Both the position numbers and the translations under genes were made by a program. A DNA stretch of 51,730 nt from a virus. How positions within the stretch are numbered: the stretch's first letter is position 1; each line of letters opens with the position of its first letter. The stretch is from the IMG/VR virus record IMGVR_UViG_3300025678_000004, positions 1 through 51,730 of that record. One strand, 5' to 3'. Under the pieces are notes generated by a model, which made no database searches, was not told the origin of the DNA, and worked only from the letters and a program-made list of their open reading frames with translations. Shown here piece after piece: positions 33,848 to 42,849 of the stretch.

Positions 33848-34597
33848 TTATATCCCCTGTGATAACAACAACCTGCGGTATCGGTTCAGTTCGTTCACAA
33901 TGTCTTCTGGGATATAATATGCATCCTTGTGCGGGGTCTTATTGATATCATACATCTCCACATAATCACGCACCCCTACGTTCCGGATAGTCCCTGCCTG
34001 CTGGAACTTCAGTTTCTCTTCAAGATTTATACGGATAATCCGCAGCACAATCTGCTGGATTTCGCGGAACTGAGGGGATGAGTCCGGATACCCGGCAACA
34101 TATTCGATCTTAATGTTCCCAAGCCCTGCAGGGGGGACCCGGTTCAGACACACATATGTCAGTTCATCCTGGGTTACTGTATACCAGTCTCCCCCGGTAG
34201 GGCCGACTTTCACAAGCGGTATCCAGGCATCAACCCATTGCGACGGCCTGATTGCAACAGAAGAAACAGATATGCACGGTTCAGACAACACAAAATCATA
34301 TGACGACCGACCCATCGCCGCCGGCCCTCCCGGGGTCATCCACGACAGATATGTGTCAAGAAACTCCACTTCTCCGGGAGAGTTCCGGAATTCTATCTTT
34401 GTATGTTCATCGAATGTAGACACTCCGCAATACCGGTGCACCATCTGTTCAATCCGGGGAATGAGATCATTTGTGCAGTAATCCTGCCACTGGGAAGCGG
34501 TCATTATAAATGACCCCTGTTTCATGTCCTCGGCACCGAACCCGGTAAACGCCTCTACATCGAGTATGGAAACATATGACATATTACGTAATTGCAC
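33848..34597 (-). CDS. Head-tail connector/adaptor-like protein
   Basis: 249 aa. The N-terminal YVSILDVEAFTGFGAED...IEQMVHRYCG resembles the gp6-like connector N-terminal pattern. The position fits. Confidence 0.4.
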   Translation of the reverse strand: MQLRNMSYVSILDVEAFTGFGAEDMKQGSFIMTASQWQDYCTNDLIPRIEQMVHRYCGVSTFDEHTKIEFRNSPGEVEFLDTYLSWMTPGGPAAMGRSSYDFVLSEPCISVSSVAIRPSQWVDAWIPLVKVGPTGGDWYTVTQDELTYVCLNRVPPAGLGNIKIEYVAGYPDSSPQFREIQQIVLRIIRINLEEKLKFQQAGTIRNVGVRDYVEMYDINKTPHKDAYYIPEDIVNELNRYRRLLLSQGI

Positions 34598-35039
34598 CCC
34601 CTTTCATAAAGAACGTAGCCAGAAGAACAATGACAGCAATCAGAACAGCCTGAATAATATTCATTGCACGGTCCACCCACTTGGATTCTCCTTTATATGC
34701 AGAGAGTTCCATCTTAATATTTGTAATATCAGCAGCCATGTTTACGAGCATTCTTTCTTTTTTACAGTCGTGTTTTCCGGCAGCCATTTCAAGTAAACGT
34801 AAACGTTCGCTGCTTGTCTCAACGAACGCCTGTATAATCTTGTTCTGTTCCTGCAGCTGAGCCACAACCTGTTCAAAACAGGCTGATAAATGAATCAGAT
34901 TCTCACTGAATCGCGCCTGCTCCACCTGGATCTTTGTGAGCACATCCTGTGCCGTGCATCGGTGTGCAAAATCCGCAAGCTCATCAATATTTTCAATACG
35001 GACTGCTTTACACTGGTCATCCGGCATGGGGCACCACAC
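34584..35039 (-). CDS. Coiled-coil protein with C-terminal transmembrane anchor
   Basis: 151 aa, helical throughout, ending in AMNIIQAVLIAVIVLLATFFMKGGAIT. A probable ATG at 35027 (MPDDQCK) is an alternative start. Confidence 0.5.
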   Translation of the reverse strand: MWCPMPDDQCKAVRIENIDELADFAHRCTAQDVLTKIQVEQARFSENLIHLSACFEQVVAQLQEQNKIIQAFVETSSERLRLLEMAAGKHDCKKERMLVNMAADITNIKMELSAYKGESKWVDRAMNIIQAVLIAVIVLLATFFMKGGAIT

Positions 35040-35087
35040 GAATACCAGATATTACACACGTAAAATAAAAAAGGATGATTGAAATTT

Positions 35088-35303
35088 TCAGATCGCATCC
35101 GCACGGCTTCCAACAAGGATGCCGTTATCAAATATCAGGTATTCTCCCGAAGGGAGGTCAATTACAACATGCCGCTCCTTATTCAGGTTCGCCTTTTCAA
35201 CCGCCCTGATAATAATCTCACGTTCCTCTTCACTGTAACTCTTATTCTCAAGAGCCCAGTTCAGGGTTTCTTTTGTAATCGGGTGCCACGTTTCGTTGTA
35301 CAT
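35088..35303 (-). CDS. Hypothetical small protein
   Basis: 71 aa, followed on the minus strand by the oligo-T tract CCTTTTTTATTTT. Confidence 0.5.
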   Translation of the reverse strand: MYNETWHPITKETLNWALENKSYSEEEREIIIRAVEKANLNKERHVVIDLPSGEYLIFDNGILVGSRADAI

Positions 35304-35304
35304 A

Positions 35305-35538
35305 TTACTTCACGAACCTCCCGTTCTCAACTTTTACGGGTGCTCCAGGTACAAAGTCAAGTGTGTATTCATAAATACCCTTTCGGTTGTTTGTCTGCAC
35401 AACAGTTACAATCTGCGATTTAATCGCACGCGGGTATCCGCTTTCATCAAGGAACGCCTGCAGAACCTCTGTAGGAACAGGCCCGCCTTTTCCACTCTTC
35501 TGCTGCACCTTTACATCTTCATCCAGTTCAAAATTCAT
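35305..35538 (-). CDS. Hypothetical small protein
   Basis: 77 aa, coupled to the upstream membrane-protein gene (4-nt overlap). Confidence 0.5.
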   Translation of the reverse strand: MNFELDEDVKVQQKSGKGGPVPTEVLQAFLDESGYPRAIKSQIVTVVQTNNRKGIYEYTLDFVPGAPVKVENGRFVK

Positions 35539-35840
35539 ACCACACCTCTCGCTTTCAGGATTCTCACAACTGTCCGCACACCTCTCTCTACAACAGCCAC
35601 AAGGGCTCCGTATGCGAGGAACTGTGCTTCAAACGATACCTGGGTAAGCTCCATGCCAGACACGAACATAAAGCCCCCTACAGCAGCCCCAACAACAGCC
35701 GTAGCAACAACCGGGTACGGATCAATATCCTTCCATGTCGTAGGGCTGCTTGGGTCTGCAACCTTGTTTACATACCAATACAGCGAATATGCAACTCCGG
35801 CAAACACTGCCGTAATAATTGGTCCTAATTCAATCATCAT
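35535..35840 (-). CDS. Small multi-TM protein (holin-like topology)
   Basis: 101 aa with hydrophobic helices LGPIITAVFAGVAYSLYWYV, PVVATAVVGAAVGGFMFV and FLAYGALVAVV, plus the basic tail RGVRTVVRILKARGVV. Confidence 0.45.
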   Translation of the reverse strand: MMIELGPIITAVFAGVAYSLYWYVNKVADPSSPTTWKDIDPYPVVATAVVGAAVGGFMFVSGMELTQVSFEAQFLAYGALVAVVERGVRTVVRILKARGVV

Positions 35841-36523
35841 AAACTCCCGGTATGCGATGATACCACATCAGTCTGGTTCTTTGTCATGTTTATATCAAGT
35901 GCTGTGTCATTTGTGATAAACGAATCAGAGAAATCAATGAAATCAAACTCCGGTCTCACAATAGCACCACCACTGGCATTTGTTCCTACAACAGCATGAT
36001 CATTGCTTTCAGTAAGGAACGTATACGTTCTGCCAAGTGTCTCGCGGCTCTGGCGCACCGCATAGGAAATATCACGCCCATACATACCGGCACCATCCCA
36101 TGCTGCCTGCTGGCCTACAGAAACATCTGCGTTCTCAACAAATTTCGCGGTGCTGATCTGGGCTTTCTGCGCAAACCCATAATGACTGCCTGTTACAACC
36201 TGATACGGATCAGAACCGGTCATACTTACAGATTCTGCAAATACACCCCCGTTCTCAAATTCAACATACCCGCTCTGGTTGTAGAAGTTGCCGGTGGTTG
36301 CATCAACGGTGTCTTTTGTCTGGTACCGCGTCTCACCCGGAAGGGTTACCAGGATACTCCCGGAAGACCCGCCAAGAGATTCGTTATCAACACCAGACCG
36401 CCACATTGTGTCAACCGACCGGTGAACCGATCCAAGTGTCTGAACCGTAAACGATGTAGTTGCAACTGCTGCAAATGCATGTGATACCAGAAGCATCATG
36501 ACAAGCAGTGCAGCAAATTTCAT
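35837..36523 (-). CDS. Secreted protein with N-terminal signal peptide
   Basis: MKFAALLVMMLLVSHAFAAVATTS is a classic n-h-c signal with an AFA cleavage motif. The mature part (about 205 aa) is Ser/Thr/Gly-rich. Confidence 0.6.
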   Translation of the reverse strand: MKFAALLVMMLLVSHAFAAVATTSFTVQTLGSVHRSVDTMWRSGVDNESLGGSSGSILVTLPGETRYQTKDTVDATTGNFYNQSGYVEFENGGVFAESVSMTGSDPYQVVTGSHYGFAQKAQISTAKFVENADVSVGQQAAWDGAGMYGRDISYAVRQSRETLGRTYTFLTESNDHAVVGTNASGGAIVRPEFDFIDFSDSFITNDTALDINMTKNQTDVVSSHTGSL

Positions 36524-36657
36524 TTTTTACACCCGCTCTGAAAACAGCACTTTATTGCATCCTTCTTTTCAGAGAGCCACTGCCGGACTCCCCCTTTCTT
36601 TTCTTTTGTCTCTGCGTTCAAAGGCTTTTCAAAAACCGTCTCATCAAATCCGGTCAT
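36520..36657 (-). CDS. 45-aa leader ORF of the membrane/secretion cassette
   Basis: Hand translation: MTGFDETVFEKPLNAETKEKKGGVRQWLSEKKDAIKCCFQSGCKK. The stop overlaps the next ATG (ATGA). It is preceded by an oligo-T tract and a TATA-like CTTTTATCG. Confidence 0.35.
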   Translation of the reverse strand: MTGFDETVFEKPLNAETKEKKGGVRQWLSEKKDAIKCCFQSGCKK

Positions 36658-36704
36658 ACTATCTATTCAGCCCCGCATGACGATAAAAGCATTGCAAAAA
36701 AGGG

Positions 36705-37268
36705 TTATACAGGAGTTGGATATTCTGACCCGTATACCCGGTTCGGATTCGTCTGGGACCATGTCCGCTTCGACTCACCACTCATGTTCAGACCATCACG
36801 ATACAGCGGGACGCTCAGATAAATTATCTTAACATCACCCGTTGAGTTCTTGGTAAGTTTAAGTGCGTTCTGAATATATGCCTGCCCACCTGCATGGGGA
36901 ACTGCCTTTGTTCCAAACGCACCACGGACAACAGTAAACGTGCCGGTATCGGCTGTGTTGTCAGTATCGCCTTTTACATGGATGAGTTCTTTCTCAACCC
37001 GTATCAGGTAATCACCTTTCAGCCGTGGAATCCCGGTTCCTGCAGAATATGCAATCTGAGTGTCGATTGCAGACATGGATGCAACAGTGATGGCAGCATG
37101 TTCAAACGTCTCTGCACCGCCATTGTCGGTATACATGTTCTGCACAAGCACCATCGCATCATTGAACAGCACGTAATCGTTCTGCGCACCTTTACTTGCA
37201 ACAGCGATGTTCTGTGGGTATCCCACAATCTTCATGACATTCACATCAGGAATGGTTGCCATGTTCAC
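36705..37268 (-). CDS. Head decoration/auxiliary capsid protein (by position)
   Basis: 187 aa, coupled to the MCP stop (4-nt overlap), beta-rich. Confidence 0.35.
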   Translation of the reverse strand: MNMATIPDVNVMKIVGYPQNIAVASKGAQNDYVLFNDAMVLVQNMYTDNGGAETFEHAAITVASMSAIDTQIAYSAGTGIPRLKGDYLIRVEKELIHVKGDTDNTADTGTFTVVRGAFGTKAVPHAGGQAYIQNALKLTKNSTGDVKIIYLSVPLYRDGLNMSGESKRTWSQTNPNRVYGSEYPTPV

Positions 37269-38632
37269 ACCCTCCCTTTGATAGTAATGCCGTATAATCC
37301 GCCATGGAGTGAATCAAACTCAGTGACACCTGACTTGTCAATGAGTGTCTCTGCAGAACTGATAACAAACTTGTCGCTGGTGTTGATGTTTGCAAGCTGC
37401 TCGTAGGTGTCCTGCCACAGGGTTCTCCGTGCAAGCAGTCTGGTGTCAACCAGCTGGATCGATCCGTAGTCCCCTGACATCATAGAAAGGAACGGATGCG
37501 GAACAAGCGGAAGTGCACCCTCGTTCGGGAACACCAGGTCAATCTTTGAAACACCAGGAACCAGTGTCTTGACAGGTTCTCCTATATACCGGATGAAATC
37601 TGTCATACCACGCCGGATGAGACCAAACGTTTTGTAATCACAGATGGCAAGATTCGGCCGCATGCCATACAGCACCATCTTGCTGTAGATTTCATCAAGA
37701 TAGAAGTTGATATCACTGAATGTCTTGATTCCACCTACTTCAGAAGCATGTATCCAGCATTTGTCCTTAAGTACTCCGTCTCCGGCTTCACCCTTGTTCT
37801 TCTGGATAATCTCTGCAATACCCGCATACTCAAGCGGCCCTGCGGTTTCAAACTGGTTCTTGACGCTCTGCAGGTTTCTCGTAACACCGAGCATCGAACG
37901 CTCACGGAGAGCCCGCATTGCATCCTGTGCCATATCAACACGGATTGCACGGAGATCGCGTGCCGGAATCTGGGTGAGACCTGCAAGTTGTGCAGCCTTC
38001 GTCAGCCTGCCAACCGTATACATGTACTTAATACGATCAAACCGGTTGTAGGCCTTCATGTTGGTCTCAGTCAGGTCGGGGTCTTCCTGCCCGAAGTATG
38101 CACTGGTGATATCATATGGTCCGATGACATCCCATGCAGCCCACTTTCCTTTGTTCGCCTCAACAGGAATAAGTGACTGGAACGGATACGGACGCTTGTA
38201 CAGATATGTCACCTGTTCGTCAGCGATGACATGCATCAGGTTTGACTCGGTTGTATCTGCCTTGCTGATAACCTTATCCAGATACTGCCGGGTGAGTTTG
38301 TCCATCTCTTCCTTGTATGACTTGCGGAGATGCATCATTTCGTCTTTGTCCATAAAGGAGTCTGCGAAGATAGCCTTCTTGACAAACTGATCCTGCACCG
38401 GCGGGATAAGAGGCATTAACGCAATCTGTTTCCCTTCAATCTTCGCTTTCTTAAACGCATTCTGCTGCAGTCTGATCTGCTGAATGCCTATCGGAGTCCC
38501 GTCAGGAACACCGGCCCACAGGGCCTCTCCAACAAGGGCAGCCTGTTCAAACAGCCCGGACATCCCATAGCCACCAAAGGAGGCTTTAGATATTACGTCT
38601 CCGTCGACGCTGTGTCCAACTCGAAATGACAT
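37265..38632 (-). CDS. Major capsid protein (HK97-fold expected)
   Basis: 455 aa starting 2 nt after the protease-scaffold stop. Size and position are canonical, and no other capsid-sized candidate exists. Confidence 0.75.
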   Translation of the reverse strand: MSFRVGHSVDGDVISKASFGGYGMSGLFEQAALVGEALWAGVPDGTPIGIQQIRLQQNAFKKAKIEGKQIALMPLIPPVQDQFVKKAIFADSFMDKDEMMHLRKSYKEEMDKLTRQYLDKVISKADTTESNLMHVIADEQVTYLYKRPYPFQSLIPVEANKGKWAAWDVIGPYDITSAYFGQEDPDLTETNMKAYNRFDRIKYMYTVGRLTKAAQLAGLTQIPARDLRAIRVDMAQDAMRALRERSMLGVTRNLQSVKNQFETAGPLEYAGIAEIIQKNKGEAGDGVLKDKCWIHASEVGGIKTFSDINFYLDEIYSKMVLYGMRPNLAICDYKTFGLIRRGMTDFIRYIGEPVKTLVPGVSKIDLVFPNEGALPLVPHPFLSMMSGDYGSIQLVDTRLLARRTLWQDTYEQLANINTSDKFVISSAETLIDKSGVTEFDSLHGGLYGITIKGRV

Positions 38633-38634
38633 GA

Positions 38635-39660
38635 TTAAGCCTCCAGAGCATCAAGATTTGATAAGAACGAATTATCCACCCTGCCAAGCGGGTTTCCTTC
38701 CATATCCAGGATAACGACATGGCCGCCTTTCCTGATAGTCTCGCTTCCAAAAGCTTCAATCGTCTTTTCCATTTCAGCAATCTTGGCATCATATGCCTTT
38801 TTCACTTCCGCAATGGCAAGATCAATCTTCGCTTTTACGACAAGGTCAAGAACGGATTCAAGGTTTGCTTTTGTAATATACTGCGATGCATCTTCCTTTA
38901 CAGGTTCCGGCTCCTGCACCGGTGCATCGCCAGACTTTTTCAGAAACTCAACAATATCAGAAATTCCTTTCTTCACTTCGTCAATCTCACTCTTAATGAG
39001 AGCGACGTCCTGCACCACAGGTTCCAGTTCAGACTTTACAACCACACCGTCAGTAGAAACGGTAGGTTCAGTACCGGAATCAACATGGTCCTGCTGATCA
39101 GCATTTGGAGCCATACTAGTATCAGGGAACGCTGCCTTTATTAACTCAACTGTTTTTTGTTCAAACTCCTCGCACAAATCAGGGGAAAACGACTTTGCTA
39201 TTTTTATATATGACCCCGGGTTTATCGCATTGTCACTACAGAGCGTAAACGACCAAAGCCGGATTGCCTTTGTAACACACGGAGACGTGCGTTCATGCGG
39301 CGCAAGCCGGCATTCATCAGACGCCATTGTGCGGACGCCATAGATTGAAATCCGGTTTAACTTTCCTTTCTCGATCTGCTCCCACACGTCATGGGTATCC
39401 CCGTCATCAGGAATCTTTGCCTTAAAATACGTGTCTCCCACTTTCGCATTTGGGTCATAATCCGGATGATTCTCATGTAATATCGGGTCCCCCGCTTTCA
39501 GAACACGACATTCCGTAACAAACCCGATTGGCCGCTCGGTATGCATCAGATGCAGAATAGGAATCTTCAAAAACAATGGAATGGCCTTTTCCATTGCTTC
39601 AGAGGTTATCAGTTCATTCTCACGGTCAACTATCGGGGAGGTCGCAATCCCAGATATCAT
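38635..39660 (-). CDS. Prohead protease (HK97/S78-like) fused to a coiled-coil scaffold domain
   Basis: GIATSPIVDRENELITSEAMEKA, ILHLMHTERPIGFV (His) and KLNRISIYGV (Ser) fit the HK97-protease blocks. The C-terminal ~170 aa are charged coiled coil. The start MISGIATSP (39660) is preferred over the tracked 39819, which overlaps the upstream gene by 194 nt. Confidence 0.7.
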   Translation of the reverse strand: MISGIATSPIVDRENELITSEAMEKAIPLFLKIPILHLMHTERPIGFVTECRVLKAGDPILHENHPDYDPNAKVGDTYFKAKIPDDGDTHDVWEQIEKGKLNRISIYGVRTMASDECRLAPHERTSPCVTKAIRLWSFTLCSDNAINPGSYIKIAKSFSPDLCEEFEQKTVELIKAAFPDTSMAPNADQQDHVDSGTEPTVSTDGVVVKSELEPVVQDVALIKSEIDEVKKGISDIVEFLKKSGDAPVQEPEPVKEDASQYITKANLESVLDLVVKAKIDLAIAEVKKAYDAKIAEMEKTIEAFGSETIRKGGHVVILDMEGNPLGRVDNSFLSNLDALEA

Positions 39661-40285
39661 CCTCCGGCCCAAACTCCTGACTTGCCCCGTCAACAGTAAG
39701 GGTTCGCGGGATTTGAAGAGGTGGTTTTGGCTGTTGTCCTGGCCTGTGCCACAATCGCGGGTCATAATATAAATCAAGCTGTAATGGGAAATAACAGCTT
39801 GGGGAAATGTGTTTTGCAACTGCCCACATCAGATACCCAATCCGGTCCCGTGTATACGGATTCCCACAATAGAGGCTCACTAATATCTTCAGAACATTGA
39901 GCCACCCTCTGTCATAGACGTTGTTATGATCCGAGTACATAGACGTGATATTGAGCACCTCAAGCAGAATCATAACATTTGGATCACGACTCACCTGCAT
40001 GCATTCTTCATAACTCTCATGCCCACAATACACTGAGTTATATTTGTCAAGTATCTCTGATGATATCTCAACATCAGCAATCTGTTTTAAAATCTCAAGC
40101 TGCTCAAGAAACTGCGGAACAGTCTCCATATTTTCAGGGTCTTTCACCTGACCCGGTTTATACATCAGATCCTTGTACAGATCCTTCTCAGCAAGCATCA
40201 TATCAACAGTCAGCTTCTGCCCTGGTGGTGACCGGGGAGGATGGTTCTGTTTCCCGCCTTTCGGCGGTTTTGGTCGCTTTACCAT
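39626..40285 (-). CDS. Hypothetical protein (basic, Pro-rich N-terminus)
   Basis: 219 aa starting MVKRPKPPKGGKQNHPPRSPPGQK. It belongs to the head-module operon. Confidence 0.5.
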   Translation of the reverse strand: MVKRPKPPKGGKQNHPPRSPPGQKLTVDMMLAEKDLYKDLMYKPGQVKDPENMETVPQFLEQLEILKQIADVEISSEILDKYNSVYCGHESYEECMQVSRDPNVMILLEVLNITSMYSDHNNVYDRGWLNVLKILVSLYCGNPYTRDRIGYLMWAVAKHISPSCYFPLQLDLYYDPRLWHRPGQQPKPPLQIPRTLTVDGASQEFGPEDDIWDCDLPDS

Positions 40286-40286
40286 G

Positions 40287-40406
40287 TTAAATCACCAGCC
40301 CAATAAAACATCCTATAATCATACCAATAATAATCCCAAGAACAACAGAGCGTATAACAACTTCATTTTCGAACTCGTATGTAAATTCTGGTGGTTTCTG
40401 TGTCAT
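40287..40406 (-). CDS. 39-aa tail-anchored membrane peptide
   Basis: MTQKPPEFTYEFENEVVIRSVVLGIIIGMIIGCFIGLVI. The longer tracked start at 40472 adds an implausible Cys/Trp leader. Confidence 0.4.
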   Translation of the reverse strand: MTQKPPEFTYEFENEVVIRSVVLGIIIGMIIGCFIGLVI

Positions 40407-40511
40407 GCTATACACTCCCACATCCTGCCCACAACAATTACAATCGCCCCACATAAAATGCCACAAAAGCACCCGTATAAAAACGCACCGAAATCAAAAT
40501 CAGCCTGCATG

Positions 40512-41180
40512 TTATCCAAGCCCTCCCATAGTCATGTTATCAATAAACCCGTTCCCGCAGTTACCATACCATTTCTTTGGGTTCATATCATCGGAATAAA
40601 CAAACTCCATCTGGTGGGACCCGATCCAGTTCAGTGCCCAGTCAACAGACCGGGTATAGAAATCAACAGTCTTATACTTCTCAAGAATATGGTTCAGAAA
40701 CTTCAGATACACATCATGATTCCGTTCACGGCCGTCGAACGTATCCCACCAGTTGATAATAAACTTCAGGTAATCGTAGTTCCCTCCCGGTGTCTCTGAT
40801 ATCTTCCCACGGGAATAGTCATGAAGAATCCTGAACATGACCCCGTTAAACCGGGTATAATATGCAGGATCTTGTTTGCACAGACTTGCAAGATACCGCA
40901 CAAGATTCTCGTACACAATCGATTCCGCAAGCGGGATGTCAAGTGTCTTTGAATAATACATATACTCAGTACACAGTTTGTACACGAACGGATAGTTCGG
41001 AAAATCACCCTCTTCCGGAACACACCACTCTTTCTTTACAACAATCCCTGCAAGATGTTTGAAATCAAGTTCCCCAGAACAAAACAGATTATACATCGAT
41101 TGTATAATCCGGGATTTGTTTTTCATGTGATAATCATAACAGTCCGGGCTATCAACCCATCGTGTAGACAACTTTACCAT
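40512..41180 (-). CDS. Hypothetical protein, first gene of the head-module transcription unit
   Basis: 222 aa and aromatic-rich, with a TATA-like element directly upstream. Confidence 0.5.
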   Translation of the reverse strand: MVKLSTRWVDSPDCYDYHMKNKSRIIQSMYNLFCSGELDFKHLAGIVVKKEWCVPEEGDFPNYPFVYKLCTEYMYYSKTLDIPLAESIVYENLVRYLASLCKQDPAYYTRFNGVMFRILHDYSRGKISETPGGNYDYLKFIINWWDTFDGRERNHDVYLKFLNHILEKYKTVDFYTRSVDWALNWIGSHQMEFVYSDDMNPKKWYGNCGNGFIDNMTMGGLG

Positions 41181-41219
41181 ATATACTGGTTATAGATAAA
41201 AGAATATAAAATATGTAGA
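41181..41219 (-). promoter_or_regulatory. Intergenic terminator/promoter between the fibre run and the head module
   Basis: The minus strand reads ATCTACATATTTTATATTCTTTTATCTATAACCAGTATAT-ATG. TTTTATATT is centred about 27 nt from the ATG, and T-runs follow the upstream stop. Confidence 0.4.
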
Positions 41220-42014
41220 TTATAATGGAAATACTGTGTCCCACTCTACAACTAACGGGCGAGTCAAATCAATGCTCGTTGACAGAAAATCCGGAGACCC
41301 GCCATTTGCACACAAATACGCTGATAACATATATGTACCGCCATAACTTGCACCACCGGTCAAATACCATTTAAATCCGGTCAGCCCAGAATATCCATAT
41401 GTAAACAACCCAATCTCGGTGCATGCAGGAACAATTTCCCAGGCGTCGTTTTTATATACATACGCCCGCAAATCGGCAAGATTTTTTACGACGTCTGGAG
41501 ATGTAACCGGCACCGTATTCCACGCACTCCCATCCCATGCCACAAGCGTCCCGTTTACGATATACCGGTCTCCTGTAGACGGAGATGTGGGATAATCTGT
41601 TACTATGTCAATAACAGGATCTTTTATATTTGAAATGGAAACAGCCAACCCTGTAAACGCAGATAACATAGACTCCGCCGAAATCGATGCCCCGCGCCGT
41701 ATAATATACGGAGATGCAACCGAAAAATCATAATATGCAAATTTATAATTTCCAGTAAGAGTCACCTTCTCTGTTTCGAGCCCGGTCAAGTTGTGTGCTG
41801 GGGTTCTGGTAACACCAGACCCAAGTCGTATTTGGAAAGTCCCACCAAGATGATACGTAGCAGTAACATATTGACCATAACCCCCATACAAATTTATATA
41901 CATCCCACAAAGTCCACAAAATAGGGATTTTACAAAGTTAGATGTGATGTGATTATCACACACAAACACACACGCGTCATTTTGCAAGCCACGAACAACA
42001 CCACGAATTTTCAT
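41220..42014 (-). CDS. Fibre-associated protein with DUF2793-like motif
   Basis: TDYPTSPSTGDRYIVNGTLVAWDGSAWNTV carries the P.sP.tGDRYiv...W.G..W signature. The start MKIRGVV (ATGA overlap, GGAGGT 5 nt upstream) is preferred over the tracked 42026. Confidence 0.5.
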   Translation of the reverse strand: MKIRGVVRGLQNDACVFVCDNHITSNFVKSLFCGLCGMYINLYGGYGQYVTATYHLGGTFQIRLGSGVTRTPAHNLTGLETEKVTLTGNYKFAYYDFSVASPYIIRRGASISAESMLSAFTGLAVSISNIKDPVIDIVTDYPTSPSTGDRYIVNGTLVAWDGSAWNTVPVTSPDVVKNLADLRAYVYKNDAWEIVPACTEIGLFTYGYSGLTGFKWYLTGGASYGGTYMLSAYLCANGGSPDFLSTSIDLTRPLVVEWDTVFPL

Positions 42015-42616
42015 ACAAACCTCCATTTAAATACCCACTGTACCAAAACCGGGGCAACGGGATCTGGAACAAGCCCCGGAGAATCTAGCACATACCTAGC
42101 TAACAATCCGGTTGGCGGTGTTACTTCAATTGAAAACTCACTAAGCGGAGCATCTAAAGTCGGTGTTGCGTTATCAGAATACACCGACTCCATAAGCGGG
42201 CACAAAACGCCAATTTCATATAATGCATCTTCACCAGATAAATACCCATTTAACACCCCAGCAGACCACGAACACAGAACTGCCAATGAAATTTCGTCGG
42301 ATTTAATTGTCCACCCAGCCGAATACAGTGATGTGGGATCACACAATATCGGGGTGGTTAAATTTGTCATTAACACATCCGTTGGGACATTAGACTTTCC
42401 AAACAATATAGTAAAAGTAGACGCCGGCAAATTCACACGTCTTTGATGATTGCTATATCGTGCTGCCAGATACATTCTATCTGAATATGCCCATATCATC
42501 AAATGTCGAATCAAAGATTTGCAAACCGTGTTGTTTCCTACAGAAACAACCCGATTCCCATTTGTAATCTTAACATTCCCAGAAATTTCAATTGAATTTA
42601 AAGAACTCATAATCAC
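42011..42616 (-). CDS. Fibre-associated hypothetical protein
   Basis: 201 aa. The N-terminal pattern (IEISGNVKITNGNRVVSVGNNTVCKSLIRHL) is loosely similar to the N-terminus of the downstream 41220 gene. Confidence 0.45.
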   Translation of the reverse strand: MIMSSLNSIEISGNVKITNGNRVVSVGNNTVCKSLIRHLMIWAYSDRMYLAARYSNHQRRVNLPASTFTILFGKSNVPTDVLMTNLTTPILCDPTSLYSAGWTIKSDEISLAVLCSWSAGVLNGYLSGEDALYEIGVLCPLMESVYSDNATPTLDAPLSEFSIEVTPPTGLLARYVLDSPGLVPDPVAPVLVQWVFKWRFV

Positions 42617-42849
42617 ACCTGAATAAACGAAACCGAAGTGCCAACAAGCAAAGGCTCAATATCAACCGCACCAGGGTTGGATGAAACCAACCCCAAACAA
42701 TCCAAGTCGTCTGAAACCCCAATGTAATTAAAAGCGCCAGATTCTCCTGGTGTATGATACATCACATCGGAAATCAACATCGACTCTTCTAAAATTACAC
42801 GATTTGTTGAATATGGAAAATATGTCCCAAATCTACGTATAAATCTCAT
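42613..42849 (-). CDS. Hypothetical small protein
   Basis: 78 aa from MRFIRRFGTYFP. The ATG overlaps the stop of the S8-fibre gene (ATGA). Confidence 0.45.
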   Translation of the reverse strand: MRFIRRFGTYFPYSTNRVILEESMLISDVMYHTPGESGAFNYIGVSDDLDCLGLVSSNPGAVDIEPLLVGTSVSFIQV

